A DNA stretch of 64,000 nt from Frankiaceae bacterium (GCA_016650445.1 JAENVS010000002.1:10980-74979), one strand, 5' to 3'. Shown: positions 44,426-55,097, numbered from the stretch's first letter. Notes: generated from the letters alone by a model not told the origin. Made by a program: numbers and translations.

Positions 44426-45607
44426 GTGACGTCGTCTGAGGCCGCAGATCGTGCCCGGGACCCGGCGTTCGTCCTGCACCGCGGCGGCAAGATCGAGGTC
44501 CGCTCCACGGTCCCGCTGGAGTCACGTGAGGACCTGTCGCTGGCCTACACGCCCGGCGTCGCACGCGTGTGCACCGCGATCGCGGAGGACCGCACGCTGG
44601 CTTACGACTACACCTGGAAGTCCCACACCGTCGCGGTGGTCACTGACGGCACAGCCGTGCTCGGGCTCGGCGACATCGGCCCCGAGGCCGCGCTGCCGGT
44701 GATGGAGGGCAAGGCCCTGCTCTTCAAGCACTTCGGCGGCATCGACGCCGTACCGATCTGCTTGGACGTCACCGACGTCGACGGGCTGGTCGAGACCGTC
44801 GCCCGGCTCGCGCCCGCCTTCGGAGGCATCAACCTCGAGGACATCAGCGCCCCGCGCTGCTTCGAGGTCGAGCGCCGCCTGCAGGACAGGCTCGACATCC
44901 CGGTCTTCCATGACGACCAGCACGGCACCGCGATCGTGGTGCTGGCGGCACTGAAGAACGCCGCTCGGCTCAGCGGTCGTCCGCTCAGCGACCTGCGCGT
45001 CGTCGTGAGCGGGGCGGGGGCGGCCGGCATCGCGGTCTCGCGGATGGTGATCGAGGCAGGGATCGGGGACCTCGCGGTCGCCGACAGCAAGGGGATCGTC
45101 CACATCGGTCGCCAGGACCTGAACGACGAGAAGCGGCTGTTCGCCGCCATCAGCAACAAGGGCGGACTGACGGGCAGCTTCGACGAGGCGCTCGTCGGGG
45201 CGGACGTCTTCATCGGCCTGTCCGCCGGCACCATCCCAGCCGAGGCGGTGCGCACTATGGCGAAGGACTGCATCATCTTCGCGATGGCCAACCCCGACCC
45301 CGAGATCCACCCCGACGTCGCGCACGCCGTCGGCGCCCGCGTCGTTGCCACGGGTCGGAGCGACTTCCCGAACCAGATCAACAACGTGCTCGCCTTCCCC
45401 GGCGTGTTCAAGGGCGCGCTCGCCGTGCGCGCGTCGCGGATCACCGAACACATGAAGCTGGCCGCCTCCGACGCCCTCGCCGGAGTGGTCGGCGACGAGC
45501 TGTCCGCCGACTGCGTCATCCCGAGTGTGTTCGACCCGCGCGTCGCCCCTGCCGTCGCGGACGCCGTCGCCGCAGCCGCCCGCGAAGACGGTGTCGCCCG
45601 GCTCTAG
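44426..45607 (+). CDS. NAD(P)-dependent malic enzyme (short form)
   Basis: LSLAYTPGVA, VTDGTAVLGLGDIG, FGGINLEDI, FHDDQHGTA, GAGAAG and ANPDPEI. Start is a guess (GTG 44426). Confidence 0.85.
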   Translation: MTSSEAADRARDPAFVLHRGGKIEVRSTVPLESREDLSLAYTPGVARVCTAIAEDRTLAYDYTWKSHTVAVVTDGTAVLGLGDIGPEAALPVMEGKALLFKHFGGIDAVPICLDVTDVDGLVETVARLAPAFGGINLEDISAPRCFEVERRLQDRLDIPVFHDDQHGTAIVVLAALKNAARLSGRPLSDLRVVVSGAGAAGIAVSRMVIEAGIGDLAVADSKGIVHIGRQDLNDEKRLFAAISNKGGLTGSFDEALVGADVFIGLSAGTIPAEAVRTMAKDCIIFAMANPDPEIHPDVAHAVGARVVATGRSDFPNQINNVLAFPGVFKGALAVRASRITEHMKLAASDALAGVVGDELSADCVIPSVFDPRVAPAVADAVAAAAREDGVARL

Positions 45608-45617
45608 GGTCATTCGC

Positions 45618-46583
45618 ATGCTCGCCGTCACCTGCGTGTCTCAATCCGCCGACGACCCGCTGAGCGGTCTCGAGGTGGGGGACAGCCCCGATCCCGACGT
45701 GCCCGAGGGCTGGGCCCGGGTGCACGTGAAGGCCGCCGCCCTCAACCACCACGACCTGTGGTCGCTCAAGGGCGTCGGGCTGCCGGCGGACCGCCTGCCG
45801 ATGGTGCTCGGCTGCGATGCCGCGGGGGTGACCGACGACGGGCACGAGGTCGTCGTCCATGCCGTCATCAGCACCCCAGGGTGGACCGGCGACGAGACGC
45901 TCGACCCGCGTCGCACGCTGCTCTCGGAGCTCTACGACGGCGCCCTGGCCGAGACGGTCGTCGTCCCCGCCCGCAACCTGCTGCCCAAGCCGACAGCTCT
46001 GTCGTGGACGGAGGCAGCATGCCTGCCGACCGCGTGGCTGACGGCGTACCGGATGCTCTTCACGCAAAGCGGCCTGCGGCCCGGTGACCGGGTGCTCGTG
46101 CAGGGCGCCGGCGGGGGAGTTGCCACTGCCGCGATCGCGCTGGCCAAGGCCGCGGGCTACGTCGTCTACGCGACCAGCCGCGACGAGGCCAAGCGCGCGA
46201 AGGCGCTCGAGCTCGGTGCGCATGAGGTGTTCGACAGCGGTGCTCGGCTGCCCGAGCGGGTCGACGCCGTGATCGAGACGGTCGGCAAGGCCACCTGGGC
46301 GCACTCGATGAAGTCGCTCCGGCCGGGCGGCACGCTCGTTGTCTCCGGCGCCACCAGCGGACCGGACCCGGGTGCCGACCTCAACCGGCTGTTCTTCCTG
46401 CAGCTGCGTGTGCACGGCTCGACGATGGGCACCCGCGACGAGCTGGTCGCGCTGCTTCGGTTCTGCGAGGCCACCGGCGTGCGCCCGCTCATCGACGAGA
46501 CGCTGCCACTCAGTGACGCACGTCGCGGCTTCGAACGGCTCGCATCGGGCACGGTGTTCGGCAAGATCGTCCTGACGACCTAG
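45618..46583 (+). CDS. Zinc-type alcohol dehydrogenase / quinone oxidoreductase (MDR superfamily)
   Basis: GCDAAG, VQGAGGGVATAAIALAKAAG Rossmann motif and C-terminal GKIVL. Confidence 0.8.
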   Translation: MLAVTCVSQSADDPLSGLEVGDSPDPDVPEGWARVHVKAAALNHHDLWSLKGVGLPADRLPMVLGCDAAGVTDDGHEVVVHAVISTPGWTGDETLDPRRTLLSELYDGALAETVVVPARNLLPKPTALSWTEAACLPTAWLTAYRMLFTQSGLRPGDRVLVQGAGGGVATAAIALAKAAGYVVYATSRDEAKRAKALELGAHEVFDSGARLPERVDAVIETVGKATWAHSMKSLRPGGTLVVSGATSGPDPGADLNRLFFLQLRVHGSTMGTRDELVALLRFCEATGVRPLIDETLPLSDARRGFERLASGTVFGKIVLTT

Positions 46584-46592
46584 GAGTCCGCC

Positions 46593-47390
46593 GTGGTGCT
46601 GCCAGTCCACGACGTCAACCCGACGCGGCGTACGCCCTGGGTGACGTACGTCCTCATCACGATCAACGTCATCGCCTTCCTCTACAGCCCCGTGTCGCAC
46701 CACATCATCGGCGAGAGCGCGCAGGCGACCCAGTGCCGTCAGGTGGAGTTCTTCGACAGGTACGCCGCCGAGCCGAAGGAGGTCCTGTCCAACGAGGCGC
46801 AGCCGCAGCGGCGCATCGTGCTGACCGATGGCGAACGGCAGTACGTGTGCCCGACCCCCGAGCCGTTCGAGAAGTCACCGTTCCTCTCGGTGCTGACGGC
46901 GATGTTCCTGCACGGCGGGTGGCTGCACCTGCTCGGCAACCTGCTCTTCCTCTACGTGTTCGGCAACAACGTGGAGGACCGCCTCGGCCGGCTCACGTAC
47001 CTGCTGTTCTACCTGGGTTGCGGCTACGCCGCGACGTACGGCTTCTCGCTCTTCCAGGCCGGCTCGACTGAGCCGCTGGTCGGCGCATCCGGGGCGATCG
47101 CCGGGGTGCTCGGTGCCTACATCGTGCTGTTCCCGCGCGCGAAGGTGTGGTCGCTCCTGACGTTCTTCTTCTTCCTCCCCGTCCGGCTCCCGGCATGGCT
47201 GGTGCTCGGAACCTGGTTCGTCCTTCAGTACCTCTACTTCCGCGGTGCCGGGCTCGCCACGGGATCAGGCGTGGCGTACGGCGCACACGTCGTCGGTTTC
47301 GTCGTCGGAGCGGCCCTGGTCTGGCGGATCCGCAACACGGCGCGGTCCCGCGAGCTGCACCCGCGGTGGGGCCCGTACGCCGGTCGCTGA
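46593..47390 (+). CDS. Rhomboid-family intramembrane serine protease
   Basis: FLHGGWLHLLGN and GASGAI catalytic Ser motifs, with a His in AHVVGF. Confidence 0.85.
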   Translation: MVLPVHDVNPTRRTPWVTYVLITINVIAFLYSPVSHHIIGESAQATQCRQVEFFDRYAAEPKEVLSNEAQPQRRIVLTDGERQYVCPTPEPFEKSPFLSVLTAMFLHGGWLHLLGNLLFLYVFGNNVEDRLGRLTYLLFYLGCGYAATYGFSLFQAGSTEPLVGASGAIAGVLGAYIVLFPRAKVWSLLTFFFFLPVRLPAWLVLGTWFVLQYLYFRGAGLATGSGVAYGAHVVGFVVGAALVWRIRNTARSRELHPRWGPYAGR

Positions 47391-47452
47391 GCTACCCGGC
47401 GCTGCTCCACCTCATGTGGCCCCCTCGGGCTATCAAGCCATACCCTCGTCTC

Positions 47453-47954
47453 ATGTTCGCGGTCGTCGCCGGGCAGCGGCAAGACGACGCTGGCGGAGCC
47501 GCTGGCGACCAAACTGGCGCTGCCGCTCATCTCCAAAGACCACATCAAGGAGATGCTGGCCGACCAGCTGGGACTCGGGCCGCTGGCGGAGCAGTACGGG
47601 CGAGCGGCGGTGCACGTCATGCTCGGGTTGGCAGCCAGGTCGCCCGAGGTAGTGCTGGAGTCGTTCTTCTGGCCCGGCTTGTCGGAGCCAGAACTCCTTG
47701 CGCTGCATCGACCGCTGGTACAGGTCCACTGCCGCTGCGACCCCGCCTTGGCGCGTGAGCGGTTTGAGCGGCGGGCGCGAGTGGGCCGACGGCATGCGGT
47801 GCACAACGCGATGGACGACTGGGATCGCTTCTCCGACGGAGGCGGGCTGCTCGACCTCCCTGGGCCGCTTATCGCTGTGGACACTTCCACGGCTCTTGAC
47901 GTTGCCGGGGTCGCCCGAGAGGTCGTCGCAGCGTTGGCGGCAGTCAGCGCATAG
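47453..47954 (+). pseudogene. P-loop kinase-like (AAA_33-type) gene with apparent frameshift between start codon and Walker A
   Basis: ATG 47453 (MFAVVAG) is in one frame. The Walker A and the rest (PGSGKTTLAEPLATKLALPLISKDHIKEMLADQ...) are in the next frame, which has no ATG/GTG/TTG between the rhomboid stop and the P-loop. The first in-frame ATG (47553) lies after the P-loop. Confidence 0.45.
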
Positions 47955-48095
47955 GGATGCCGTTAGCCCATGTCCGTGACGGACGTGGACGTGCGAGCTC
48001 TTGGCGGAGCGGCAATGTTCTCCACAGCGAGGAATGCCTTGCACAGCAGGGGAATCCGTTCCGGTTTTGTCGGAGGTCGTCAGTAGGTTTCTCGC

Positions 48096-49532
48096 ATGCC
48101 CACCGCCGCCTCGCCCGTCGACTGGTCTACACGACCGGGGCCCTCGGCGATGTCGCCTGAGAAGCTGGCGGCGTTCGTAGACAAGGCGGTCGCCCGCACG
48201 GACGGCATGTTGTTCACGGCGACGCCGACCGAGGAGCTTGACGCAATCGGACGCTGGCAGCAGATCAAGGACCGGGCGTTCGCTGGTCTGATGCGCGAGA
48301 TCGTGGCGGCCTACAACCGGGCGGGCACCGAGGAGCGGGAGTTCGCTGCCGACGAGGTCGGTCTGGCGGTCGGGGCGGCGTCGACGACAGGCGGCAACCT
48401 GGTCGCGCAAGCACTCGCGGTGTCGGCGCTGCCCGGTTTGCTCGAAGCGGTCGATGCCGGGCAGCTCACCGAGCGGCACGTGCTGGCGGTTGTGCGCGAG
48501 CTGGACAGGGTCGAGCTCACGCTCGAGCAGCGGCAGGCGGTCGTGCTCGTCATGCTCGCGCGTTACCAGGGGCAGACACCCGGTGAGCTCGGCGCGCTGG
48601 TGGCCCGGCTGATCGTGCAGGTCGACCGGGCGGCTGCTGCCGCGCGGGACGCCAAGGCCACCGGGGAGCGCAAGGTGTGGTTCTCCCGCGACGTCGACGG
48701 CCAAGCGCTGGTGCTCGCCCGCGGGCCGGCCGCGAAGATCGCCGCGATCCGCGCGTCGCTCGAGGCGACCTTGCCGGACGAGGCCGAGCCCGGGGATGAG
48801 CGCAGCCGGGACGCGCGAGAGTTCGACCTGTTCGTCGACCTGCTGACCGGCGGCGCGGAGGCCGGATCCTGGAGTGCCGAAGTTGTCGTCCCGTTCTCTG
48901 TCGCGCAGGCCGGTGACGTGGAGCTGGCCGATATCCCGGGCCTCGGCCCGATCCTGCCCTCGACCGCCCGTGACCTGCTCGGCCAGTGCGACACAATCAC
49001 CCAGATCGCTGTCGACCAGGACGGCAAGGTCATCGCGGTCGGCGACCCGATCCGACCCGACTCCCCACCGGGACGACCCGCCGACGAGCCGCCGGTCGAA
49101 GAGCCGCCGGTCGACGAGCCGCCGGCCAGCGAGCCGCCGGCCAGCGAGCCGCCGGCCGACGAGCCGCTGGTCCAGCGATCGGGCATGACGCCGCTGTCAC
49201 CGCGGGTGCTGCGCCGCATCGCTTCCCCTCCGTCGATGCGGGACATGGCTGGCAGCGGCTACCGATTCCCACCCCGGCTCCGCCGGTTCCTCGAGGAGCG
49301 CGACCGCACCTGCGTGTTCCCGGGCTGCGGCCGACCCGCCCGCAAGACCGACAAAGACCACCGAAGGCCCTGGCCGGCCGGTCCGACCAGCGCCGACAAC
49401 GGCGACTGCCTGTGCCGACATCACCATCGCGCCAAGCACACGATCTTCACCGTCCTACGCGACACTGACGGCAGCTACATCTGGATTACCCGCGGCGGGT
49501 GGCAGTTCCGCCGACATCCCAAGGGCTACTGA
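48096..49532 (+). CDS. DUF222 / HNH endonuclease domain protein (13E12-repeat-like family)
   Basis: N-terminal DUF222-like region. C-terminal HNH/zinc motif (CVFPGCGRPARKTDKDH...NGDCLCRHHHRAKH). Preceded by a lower-GC spacer. Confidence 0.8.
   Translation: MPTAASPVDWSTRPGPSAMSPEKLAAFVDKAVARTDGMLFTATPTEELDAIGRWQQIKDRAFAGLMREIVAAYNRAGTEEREFAADEVGLAVGAASTTGGNLVAQALAVSALPGLLEAVDAGQLTERHVLAVVRELDRVELTLEQRQAVVLVMLARYQGQTPGELGALVARLIVQVDRAAAAARDAKATGERKVWFSRDVDGQALVLARGPAAKIAAIRASLEATLPDEAEPGDERSRDAREFDLFVDLLTGGAEAGSWSAEVVVPFSVAQAGDVELADIPGLGPILPSTARDLLGQCDTITQIAVDQDGKVIAVGDPIRPDSPPGRPADEPPVEEPPVDEPPASEPPASEPPADEPLVQRSGMTPLSPRVLRRIASPPSMRDMAGSGYRFPPRLRRFLEERDRTCVFPGCGRPARKTDKDHRRPWPAGPTSADNGDCLCRHHHRAKHTIFTVLRDTDGSYIWITRGGWQFRRHPKGY
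49083..49172 (+). repeat. In-frame 15-nt tandem repeat x6 inside the HNH gene (encodes [DES]EPP[VA] units)
   Basis: GACGAGCCGCCGGTC / GAAGAGCCGCCGGTC / GACGAGCCGCCGGCC / AGCGAGCCGCCGGCC / AGCGAGCCGCCGGCC / GACGAGCCGCTGGTC, read directly from the sequence. Confidence 0.9.
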
Positions 49533-49628
49533 CATCGTCACAGCCCGCCCCGCCAACCGTCAGCCCGAACCCGCAGACGAGCAGCCGCCCGCCAGCGGCT
49601 TCGGCATGCCCGCAGCCGCTGACCCTGT

Positions 49629-49805
49629 CTAGTCCTCGTCGTCGTCGAGGCGGGCGAGCCAGGTGGCCAGTCGCTCGACCGGCACCTCGAAGTCGGGGTT
49701 GAGGTCGACGAACTCGCGCAGCCGCTCGGCCAGCCAGGCCAGCGACACCGACTCGTCGCCGCGCCGCTGGGCGAGCTCCTCGAGCCCACGGTCGGTGAAG
49801 TACAT
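49629..49805 (-). CDS. Small acidic protein (DUF6104-like)
   Basis: 58 aa (MYFTDRGLEELAQRRGDESVSLAWLAERLREFVDLNPDFEVPVERLATWLARLDDDED), beginning 2 nt after the kgd stop. Family name is from memory. Confidence 0.55.
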   Translation of the reverse strand: MYFTDRGLEELAQRRGDESVSLAWLAERLREFVDLNPDFEVPVERLATWLARLDDDED

Positions 49806-49807
49806 CG

Positions 49808-52800
49808 CTACCTCGCGAAGACGCCCTCGATGAGGGCCGCCTGCTCTGCCTCGTGCACCTTGCTGGAGCCGGCCGCGGGAGAGGCGGCCGACGTGCGCGA
49901 GATGCGCCGCAGCGTGACGTGGTCCGGCAGGTGGTCGGGCAAGGACAGGGCGATGTGCGACCACGCGCCCTGGTTGGCCGGCTCTTCCTGGGCCCAGACG
50001 ACGTCGCGGGCGTTGGGGTACGCCGAGAGCACGTCGGTCACCTCTTCGCCGGGCAGGGGGTAGAGCTGCTCCACTCGGATGAGCGCGGTGGAGGTGTCCC
50101 CGGACTTGCGTCGCGCGGCCAGCAGGTCGTAGTAGACCTTGCCCGCGGTCAGGACGACGCGCGTGACGCCGGACGGCTCCGGCGCGTCAGGGTCGCCGAG
50201 CACCGGCGCGAACGTCCCTGAGGTGAAGTCGTCGATCGACGATGAGGCAGCGCGCAGCCGCAGCATCGACTTCGGCGACATGACGATCAGCGGGCGCTGG
50301 TGCGACGCCAGCGCCTGGCGCCGCAGGAGGTGGAAGTAGTTGGCGGGCGACGTCGGCGCCGCGACGGTCATGTTGTCGTCGGCACACAGCTGCAGGTAGC
50401 GCTCGAGCCGAGCGGAGGAGTGGTCCGGCCCCTGGCCCTCGTAGCCGTGCGGGAGCAGCAGCGTCACGCCGGAGCGCTGGCCCCACTTCGCCTCGCCGCT
50501 CGCGATGAACTCGTCGATGATCGTCATCGCGCCGTTCGTGAAGTCGCCGAACTGCGCCTCCCACACCACGAGCGCTTCCGGTCGGGCGACGGCGTAGCCG
50601 TACTCGAAGCCCATCGCGGCGTACTCGCTCAGCAGCGAGTCGTAGACGTAGAACGTCCCCTGGCTCTCCGACAAGTGCGCGAGCGGTGTGTGCTCGTTGC
50701 CGTTCGTACGGTCTACGAGGACGGCATGACGGTGACCGAACGTCCCGCGCCGTGAGTCCTGGCCCGCTAGTCGGACCGGCCGACCCTCGAGCAGCAGCGA
50801 GCCGAAGGCCAGCGTCTCGCCGAGCGCCCAGTCGATCGTCGCGTCGTTGATCATGGCGGCGCGCTTCTGCAGCTGCGGCAGCAGGCGCGGGTGCACCGTG
50901 AACGCCTCCGGCAGGTTGACCTGGGAGTCGACGATCGTCTTCACGACCTCCATCGGGATCGCGGTCTGCACCGCCTCCGGTGCCGGCGTCTCCATCACCG
51001 GCTCGACGGAGGGTGCGGTCGATGCTTCGCGCGTGCCCTGGAACACCTTCTCGAGCTGCTCCTGGTAGTCGCGCAGCGCTGCCTCGGCCTGCTCGACGGT
51101 GATGTCGCTGCGCCCGATGAGGGCCTCTGTGTAGATCTTGCGCACCGACCGCTTGGCGTCGATCGTGTCGTACATCAGCGGCTGCGTGAACGAGGGCTCG
51201 TCGACCTCGCTGTGTCCGCGGCGGCGGTAGCAGACCATGTCGATGACGACGTCCTTCTTGAACGCCTGCCGGTAGTCGAACGCGAGCTTCGCCACGCGAA
51301 CACACGCCTCCGGGTCGTCCCCGTTGACGTGGAAGATCGGCGCCTGCACCATGCGCGCGACGTCGGTCGCGTAGACCGACGACCGTGCGCTGTGCGGCCC
51401 CGTCGTGAACCCCACCTGGTTGTTGACGACCACGTGGATCGTGCCGCCCGTGCGGTAGCCCCGCAGCTGGCCCATCTGGAGCGTCTCGGCCACGACGCCC
51501 TGGCCGGCGAAGGCGGCATCGCCGTGCAGCAGCAGCGGGAGGACCGTGAAGCCCTCCTCGCCCTTGTTGATGACGTCCTGCTTGGCGCGCACGACACCCT
51601 CGAGAACCGGATCGACGGCTTCGAGGTGCGAGGGGTTGGCCTGCAGGCTCACGTTGACCGCGTTGCCGTCGGGTGAGACGAAGACTCCCTCGGCCCCCAG
51701 GTGGTACTTCACGTCGCCGGAGCCGTGGGCCGTGCGCGGGTCGATGTTGCCCTCGAACTCACGGAAGATCTGCGCGTGGCTCTTGCCGACGATGTTGGCC
51801 AGCACGTTGAGCCGGCCTCGGTGCGGCATGGCGATCGCCACCTCGTCCAGGCCGGCCGCTGCAGCCTTTCTCAACACGCCGTCGAGCAGCGGGATCACCG
51901 ACTCCGCGCCCTCGAGCGAGAAGCGCTTCTGCCCGACGTACTTCGTCTGCAGGAAGGTCTCGAAAGCCTCTGCCGCATTGAGTCGCTTGAGCACGTGCAG
52001 CTGGTCGTCGCGGTCTGGGGCCTCCGCCTTGCGCTCTACCCGCTGCTGGAGCCACGCCCGCTCGGCTGGGTCCTGGATGTGCATGTACTCCAGGCCGACG
52101 GTCCGGCAGTAGGAGTCGCGCAGTACGCCGAGGATGTCGCGCAGTTTCTTGACGCGCTTTCCGGCGAAGCCGCCGACCGGGAACTCGCGGTCCAGGTCCC
52201 ACAGCGACAGGCCGTGGTTGACGACGTCGAGGTCGGGGTGGGCGCGGACCTTGAAGTTGAGCGGATCGGTGTCGGCGAGCAGATGCCCGCGGACCCGGTA
52301 GGCGTGGATGAGCTCGTGGACGCGGGTCGCCTTGTCGAGCTCGCCCTCGGCGGTCGCGTGCTGGTCGTGCACCCAGCGCACCGGCTCGTACGGGATCCGC
52401 AGCGAGTGGAAGACCTCGTCGTAGAACCCGTCCTCGCCGAGCAGCAGCTCGTGCATCCGGCGCAGGAACTCACCGGACTGGGCGCCCTGGATCACCCGGT
52501 GGTCGTAGGTCGACGTCAGCGTGATGATCTTGCTGATCGCGAGCGCCGCGAGCGTCTCCTCCGACGCGCCCTGGAACTCCGCGGGGTACTCCATCGCCCC
52601 GACGCCGAGGATCGCGCCCTGCCCCTTCATCAGGCGGGGCACGGAGTGGACGGTGCCGATGCCGCCGGGGTTGGTCAGGCTGATCGTGGCGCCTTGGAAG
52701 TCCTCGGTCGTCAGCTTGCCGCCACGTGCGCGGCGCACGATGTCCTCGTACGCCGCCCAGTAGGCGGCGAAGTCCATCGTGTCGGCGTCGCGGATGGCCG

Positions 52801-53485
52801 CCACGACGAGCGAGCGGGTGCCGTTGGGGTTCTGCAGGTCGATCGCCAGCCCCAGCCCGACGTGCTCCGGCGTCATCAGCGCCGGCTTGCCGCCGACCTC
52901 GGCGAACGCGTTGTTCATGACCGGGACGTCGGCGACGGCCTTCACGAGGGCGTAACCGATCAGGTGCGTGAAGGACACCTTGCCGCCGCGGCTGCGACGC
53001 AGGTGGTTGTTGATCACCGTGCGGTTGTCGGCCAGCAGCTTGGCCGGCACAGCCCGCACGCTGGTCGCGGTCGGCACGGTCAGGCTCGACTCCATGTTGG
53101 CGACGACGCGGGCCGCGGCGCCCTTCAACGGCGTGCTTGCCGTGCCCGCAGGGGCGGCGACCTCAGGGGTCGGTGCGGAAGGGGCAGGCGCGGGGGCGAT
53201 CGGCGCAGCCGGTGGGGCCGCGATCACGGGGGCTGGGGCAGCCGGCGCGGGAGCGGGCGTCGCGGGCGCCTCGGCCACCGGCGCGGGAGTCGATGCCGCC
53301 GTGCCGTTGGCCGTGCCGCTGGGCCCGCCGTTGGCGGTCGGGCCCTCGCCTGGGGAGTAGTCGGAGAGGAACTCACGCCACTCGGCTGACACGCTCGAGG
53401 GGTCCTTGAGGTACTGCTGGTGGATCTCGTAGACGAGCCACTCGTTGGCACCGAAGTCGGTCTGCTGTCCCGGCTGCGTGGACAC
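49808..53485 (-). CDS. kgd: Multifunctional 2-oxoglutarate decarboxylase/dehydrogenase E1 with N-terminal E2-like acyltransferase domain (Kgd/OdhA)
   Basis: 1225 aa. Ala/Pro-rich linker, then an acyltransferase-like segment ([23 protein letters not shown]), then a TPP E1 domain ([21 protein letters not shown]). Confidence 0.95.
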   Translation of the reverse strand: MSTQPGQQTDFGANEWLVYEIHQQYLKDPSSVSAEWREFLSDYSPGEGPTANGGPSGTANGTAASTPAPVAEAPATPAPAPAAPAPVIAAPPAAPIAPAPAPSAPTPEVAAPAGTASTPLKGAAARVVANMESSLTVPTATSVRAVPAKLLADNRTVINNHLRRSRGGKVSFTHLIGYALVKAVADVPVMNNAFAEVGGKPALMTPEHVGLGLAIDLQNPNGTRSLVVAAIRDADTMDFAAYWAAYEDIVRRARGGKLTTEDFQGATISLTNPGGIGTVHSVPRLMKGQGAILGVGAMEYPAEFQGASEETLAALAISKIITLTSTYDHRVIQGAQSGEFLRRMHELLLGEDGFYDEVFHSLRIPYEPVRWVHDQHATAEGELDKATRVHELIHAYRVRGHLLADTDPLNFKVRAHPDLDVVNHGLSLWDLDREFPVGGFAGKRVKKLRDILGVLRDSYCRTVGLEYMHIQDPAERAWLQQRVERKAEAPDRDDQLHVLKRLNAAEAFETFLQTKYVGQKRFSLEGAESVIPLLDGVLRKAAAAGLDEVAIAMPHRGRLNVLANIVGKSHAQIFREFEGNIDPRTAHGSGDVKYHLGAEGVFVSPDGNAVNVSLQANPSHLEAVDPVLEGVVRAKQDVINKGEEGFTVLPLLLHGDAAFAGQGVVAETLQMGQLRGYRTGGTIHVVVNNQVGFTTGPHSARSSVYATDVARMVQAPIFHVNGDDPEACVRVAKLAFDYRQAFKKDVVIDMVCYRRRGHSEVDEPSFTQPLMYDTIDAKRSVRKIYTEALIGRSDITVEQAEAALRDYQEQLEKVFQGTREASTAPSVEPVMETPAPEAVQTAIPMEVVKTIVDSQVNLPEAFTVHPRLLPQLQKRAAMINDATIDWALGETLAFGSLLLEGRPVRLAGQDSRRGTFGHRHAVLVDRTNGNEHTPLAHLSESQGTFYVYDSLLSEYAAMGFEYGYAVARPEALVVWEAQFGDFTNGAMTIIDEFIASGEAKWGQRSGVTLLLPHGYEGQGPDHSSARLERYLQLCADDNMTVAAPTSPANYFHLLRRQALASHQRPLIVMSPKSMLRLRAASSSIDDFTSGTFAPVLGDPDAPEPSGVTRVVLTAGKVYYDLLAARRKSGDTSTALIRVEQLYPLPGEEVTDVLSAYPNARDVVWAQEEPANQGAWSHIALSLPDHLPDHVTLRRISRTSAASPAAGSSKVHEAEQAALIEGVFAR

Positions 53486-53652
53486 GCTGGGCTTCGCCTC
53501 TTCCCGGAAGATCCCTCAGGCGCCGAGCTGGCTGGCCTGGCGACCCCTCAGGTTACCTGTGAGGAAGTACGCGACGACACCCCTGGGGTGACTCCGAAGT
53601 CGGCAAGGATCGGGGACAGTACGCCCAGACCGCGCGGATTCGGAGGAGGCGC

Positions 53653-54804
53653 ATGGACAGGGATCGACCATCGCTCGTGGTCGGGGTGCTGCGCGAGCAG
53701 GCGCCGGCCGAGCGCCGAGTCGCGCTGACGCCCGAAGTCGTGGGCCGGGTGCAGGCCCTGGGGCTGGAGGTGCTCGTGGAGCGCGGCGCCGGCGAGCGGG
53801 CCATGTACAGCGACGGCGACTACACCGCCACGGGTGCGCTGCTCGTGGCCCGCGAGGAGCTGCTGTCCCGTGCGGACGTGCTGGTGTCCGTCCGCGCGCC
53901 GGACCGCCCAACGATGCTGGCACTGCGGCCGCGGCAGGCGCTGATCGGCATGCTGCGTCCCGATCTCGACCTCGAGCTGGCGGCGACGCTCGCGGACACG
54001 AAGGCCACCACGCTCAGCTTCGAGGGGCTGCCGCGCACTCTGTCGCGGGCACAGTCGATGGACGCGCTGACGTCGCAGGCCAACGTGGCCGGCTACAAGG
54101 CCGCCCTCGTTGCCGCCGATGCCTACGGCGGGTTCTTCCCGATGCTCATGACCGCTGCCGGCACCACCCGGCCGGCGTCCGTCCTCGTGCTCGGCGCGGG
54201 CGTCGCCGGGCTCCAGGCGATCGCCACCGCGAAGCGCCTCGGCGCCCGGGTCACCGGCTACGACGTCCGCGCGGAGGCGCGGGGCGACGTGCTGTCGCTC
54301 GGCGCCGCCTTCCTCGACCTCGGCGGCGTGAGCGTGGCCAGCGAAGGGGGATACGCCCGACCGCTGACCGCGGAGGAGAGCGCGGCGCAGCAGCAGGCGC
54401 TGGTCGACGCGATCAGCGGCTTCGACGTCATCATCACCACGGCGCAGGTGCCGGGCCGGCGACCGCCGGTGCTGGTTCCGCGTGAGGCGCTGGACCGCCT
54501 CGGGACCGGGTCGGTCGTCGTCGACATCGCGGCCAGCCCGCTCGGCGGCAACGTCGACGGCTCGGCCCCGGACGTGACGATCGTCACCGACCGCGGTGTG
54601 ACGGTGATCGGTGCCGGCAACCTGCCGTCCCAGGTCCCGCGCGCGGCGTCCACCGCGTATGCGCGCAACGTCACCGCTCTGCTCGGTCTGCTCGTCCGCG
54701 ACGGCGCCTTGAGCGTCGATCTGCAGGATGAGGTGCTCGCCGGACTCGTCGTCACTCACGACGGCGTCGTCAACCGCCCCGAGACGCTGGGAGGCAGCCG
54801 ATGA
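53653..54804 (+). CDS. pntAA: NAD(P) transhydrogenase subunit alpha part 1
   Basis: Alanine-dehydrogenase-like fold. VLGAGVAGLQAIATAKRLGA Rossmann motif. Confidence 0.9.
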   Translation: MDRDRPSLVVGVLREQAPAERRVALTPEVVGRVQALGLEVLVERGAGERAMYSDGDYTATGALLVAREELLSRADVLVSVRAPDRPTMLALRPRQALIGMLRPDLDLELAATLADTKATTLSFEGLPRTLSRAQSMDALTSQANVAGYKAALVAADAYGGFFPMLMTAAGTTRPASVLVLGAGVAGLQAIATAKRLGARVTGYDVRAEARGDVLSLGAAFLDLGGVSVASEGGYARPLTAEESAAQQQALVDAISGFDVIITTAQVPGRRPPVLVPREALDRLGTGSVVVDIAASPLGGNVDGSAPDVTIVTDRGVTVIGAGNLPSQVPRAASTAYARNVTALLGLLVRDGALSVDLQDEVLAGLVVTHDGVVNRPETLGGSR

Positions 54805-55097
54805 CGGCAGCCCTGCTCGCCACGATCACAGTCTTCGTGCTCGGTCTGCTCGTCGGCTTCGAGGTGATCAGCAAGGTCCCGCAGAGCTTGCACACGCCGC
54901 TGATGTCGGGCGCCAACGCCATCCACGGTGTGATCGTGGTCGGTGTGATGGTGATCGCCGCGTCCTGCGACTCGGTGCTCGGCCGGATCCTGCTGTTCAT
55001 TGCGGCGGTGTTCGCCGCGATGAACGTCGTCGGCGGCTACGTCGTCACGGACCGGATGCTGGAGATGTTCCGGGCGAAGCGGGGCGGCGGCTCATGA
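54801..55097 (+). CDS. pntAB: NAD(P) transhydrogenase subunit alpha part 2 (membrane)
   Basis: ATGA overlap. 98-aa, 3-TM protein with the PLMSGANAIHG motif. Confidence 0.9.
   Translation: MTAALLATITVFVLGLLVGFEVISKVPQSLHTPLMSGANAIHGVIVVGVMVIAASCDSVLGRILLFIAAVFAAMNVVGGYVVTDRMLEMFRAKRGGGS

Noticed and set aside
49083-49172. CRISPR-like array
   Set aside because: The repeats are 15 nt, directly abutting with no spacers, and in frame inside a coding sequence. The same applies to the 12-nt repeat at 6056-6103. No cas genes are present.
51701-53389. 562-aa plus-strand ORF opposite kgd
   Set aside because: It is antisense to the 1225-aa Kgd gene, and the translation is a low-complexity Arg/Gly/Val sequence.
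53513-53564. Duplicated CCCTCAGG octamers and a 5-bp hairpin in the kgd/pntAA divergent region
   Set aside because: Too short and weak to distinguish from chance in GC-rich DNA, though possibly part of a promoter or operator.
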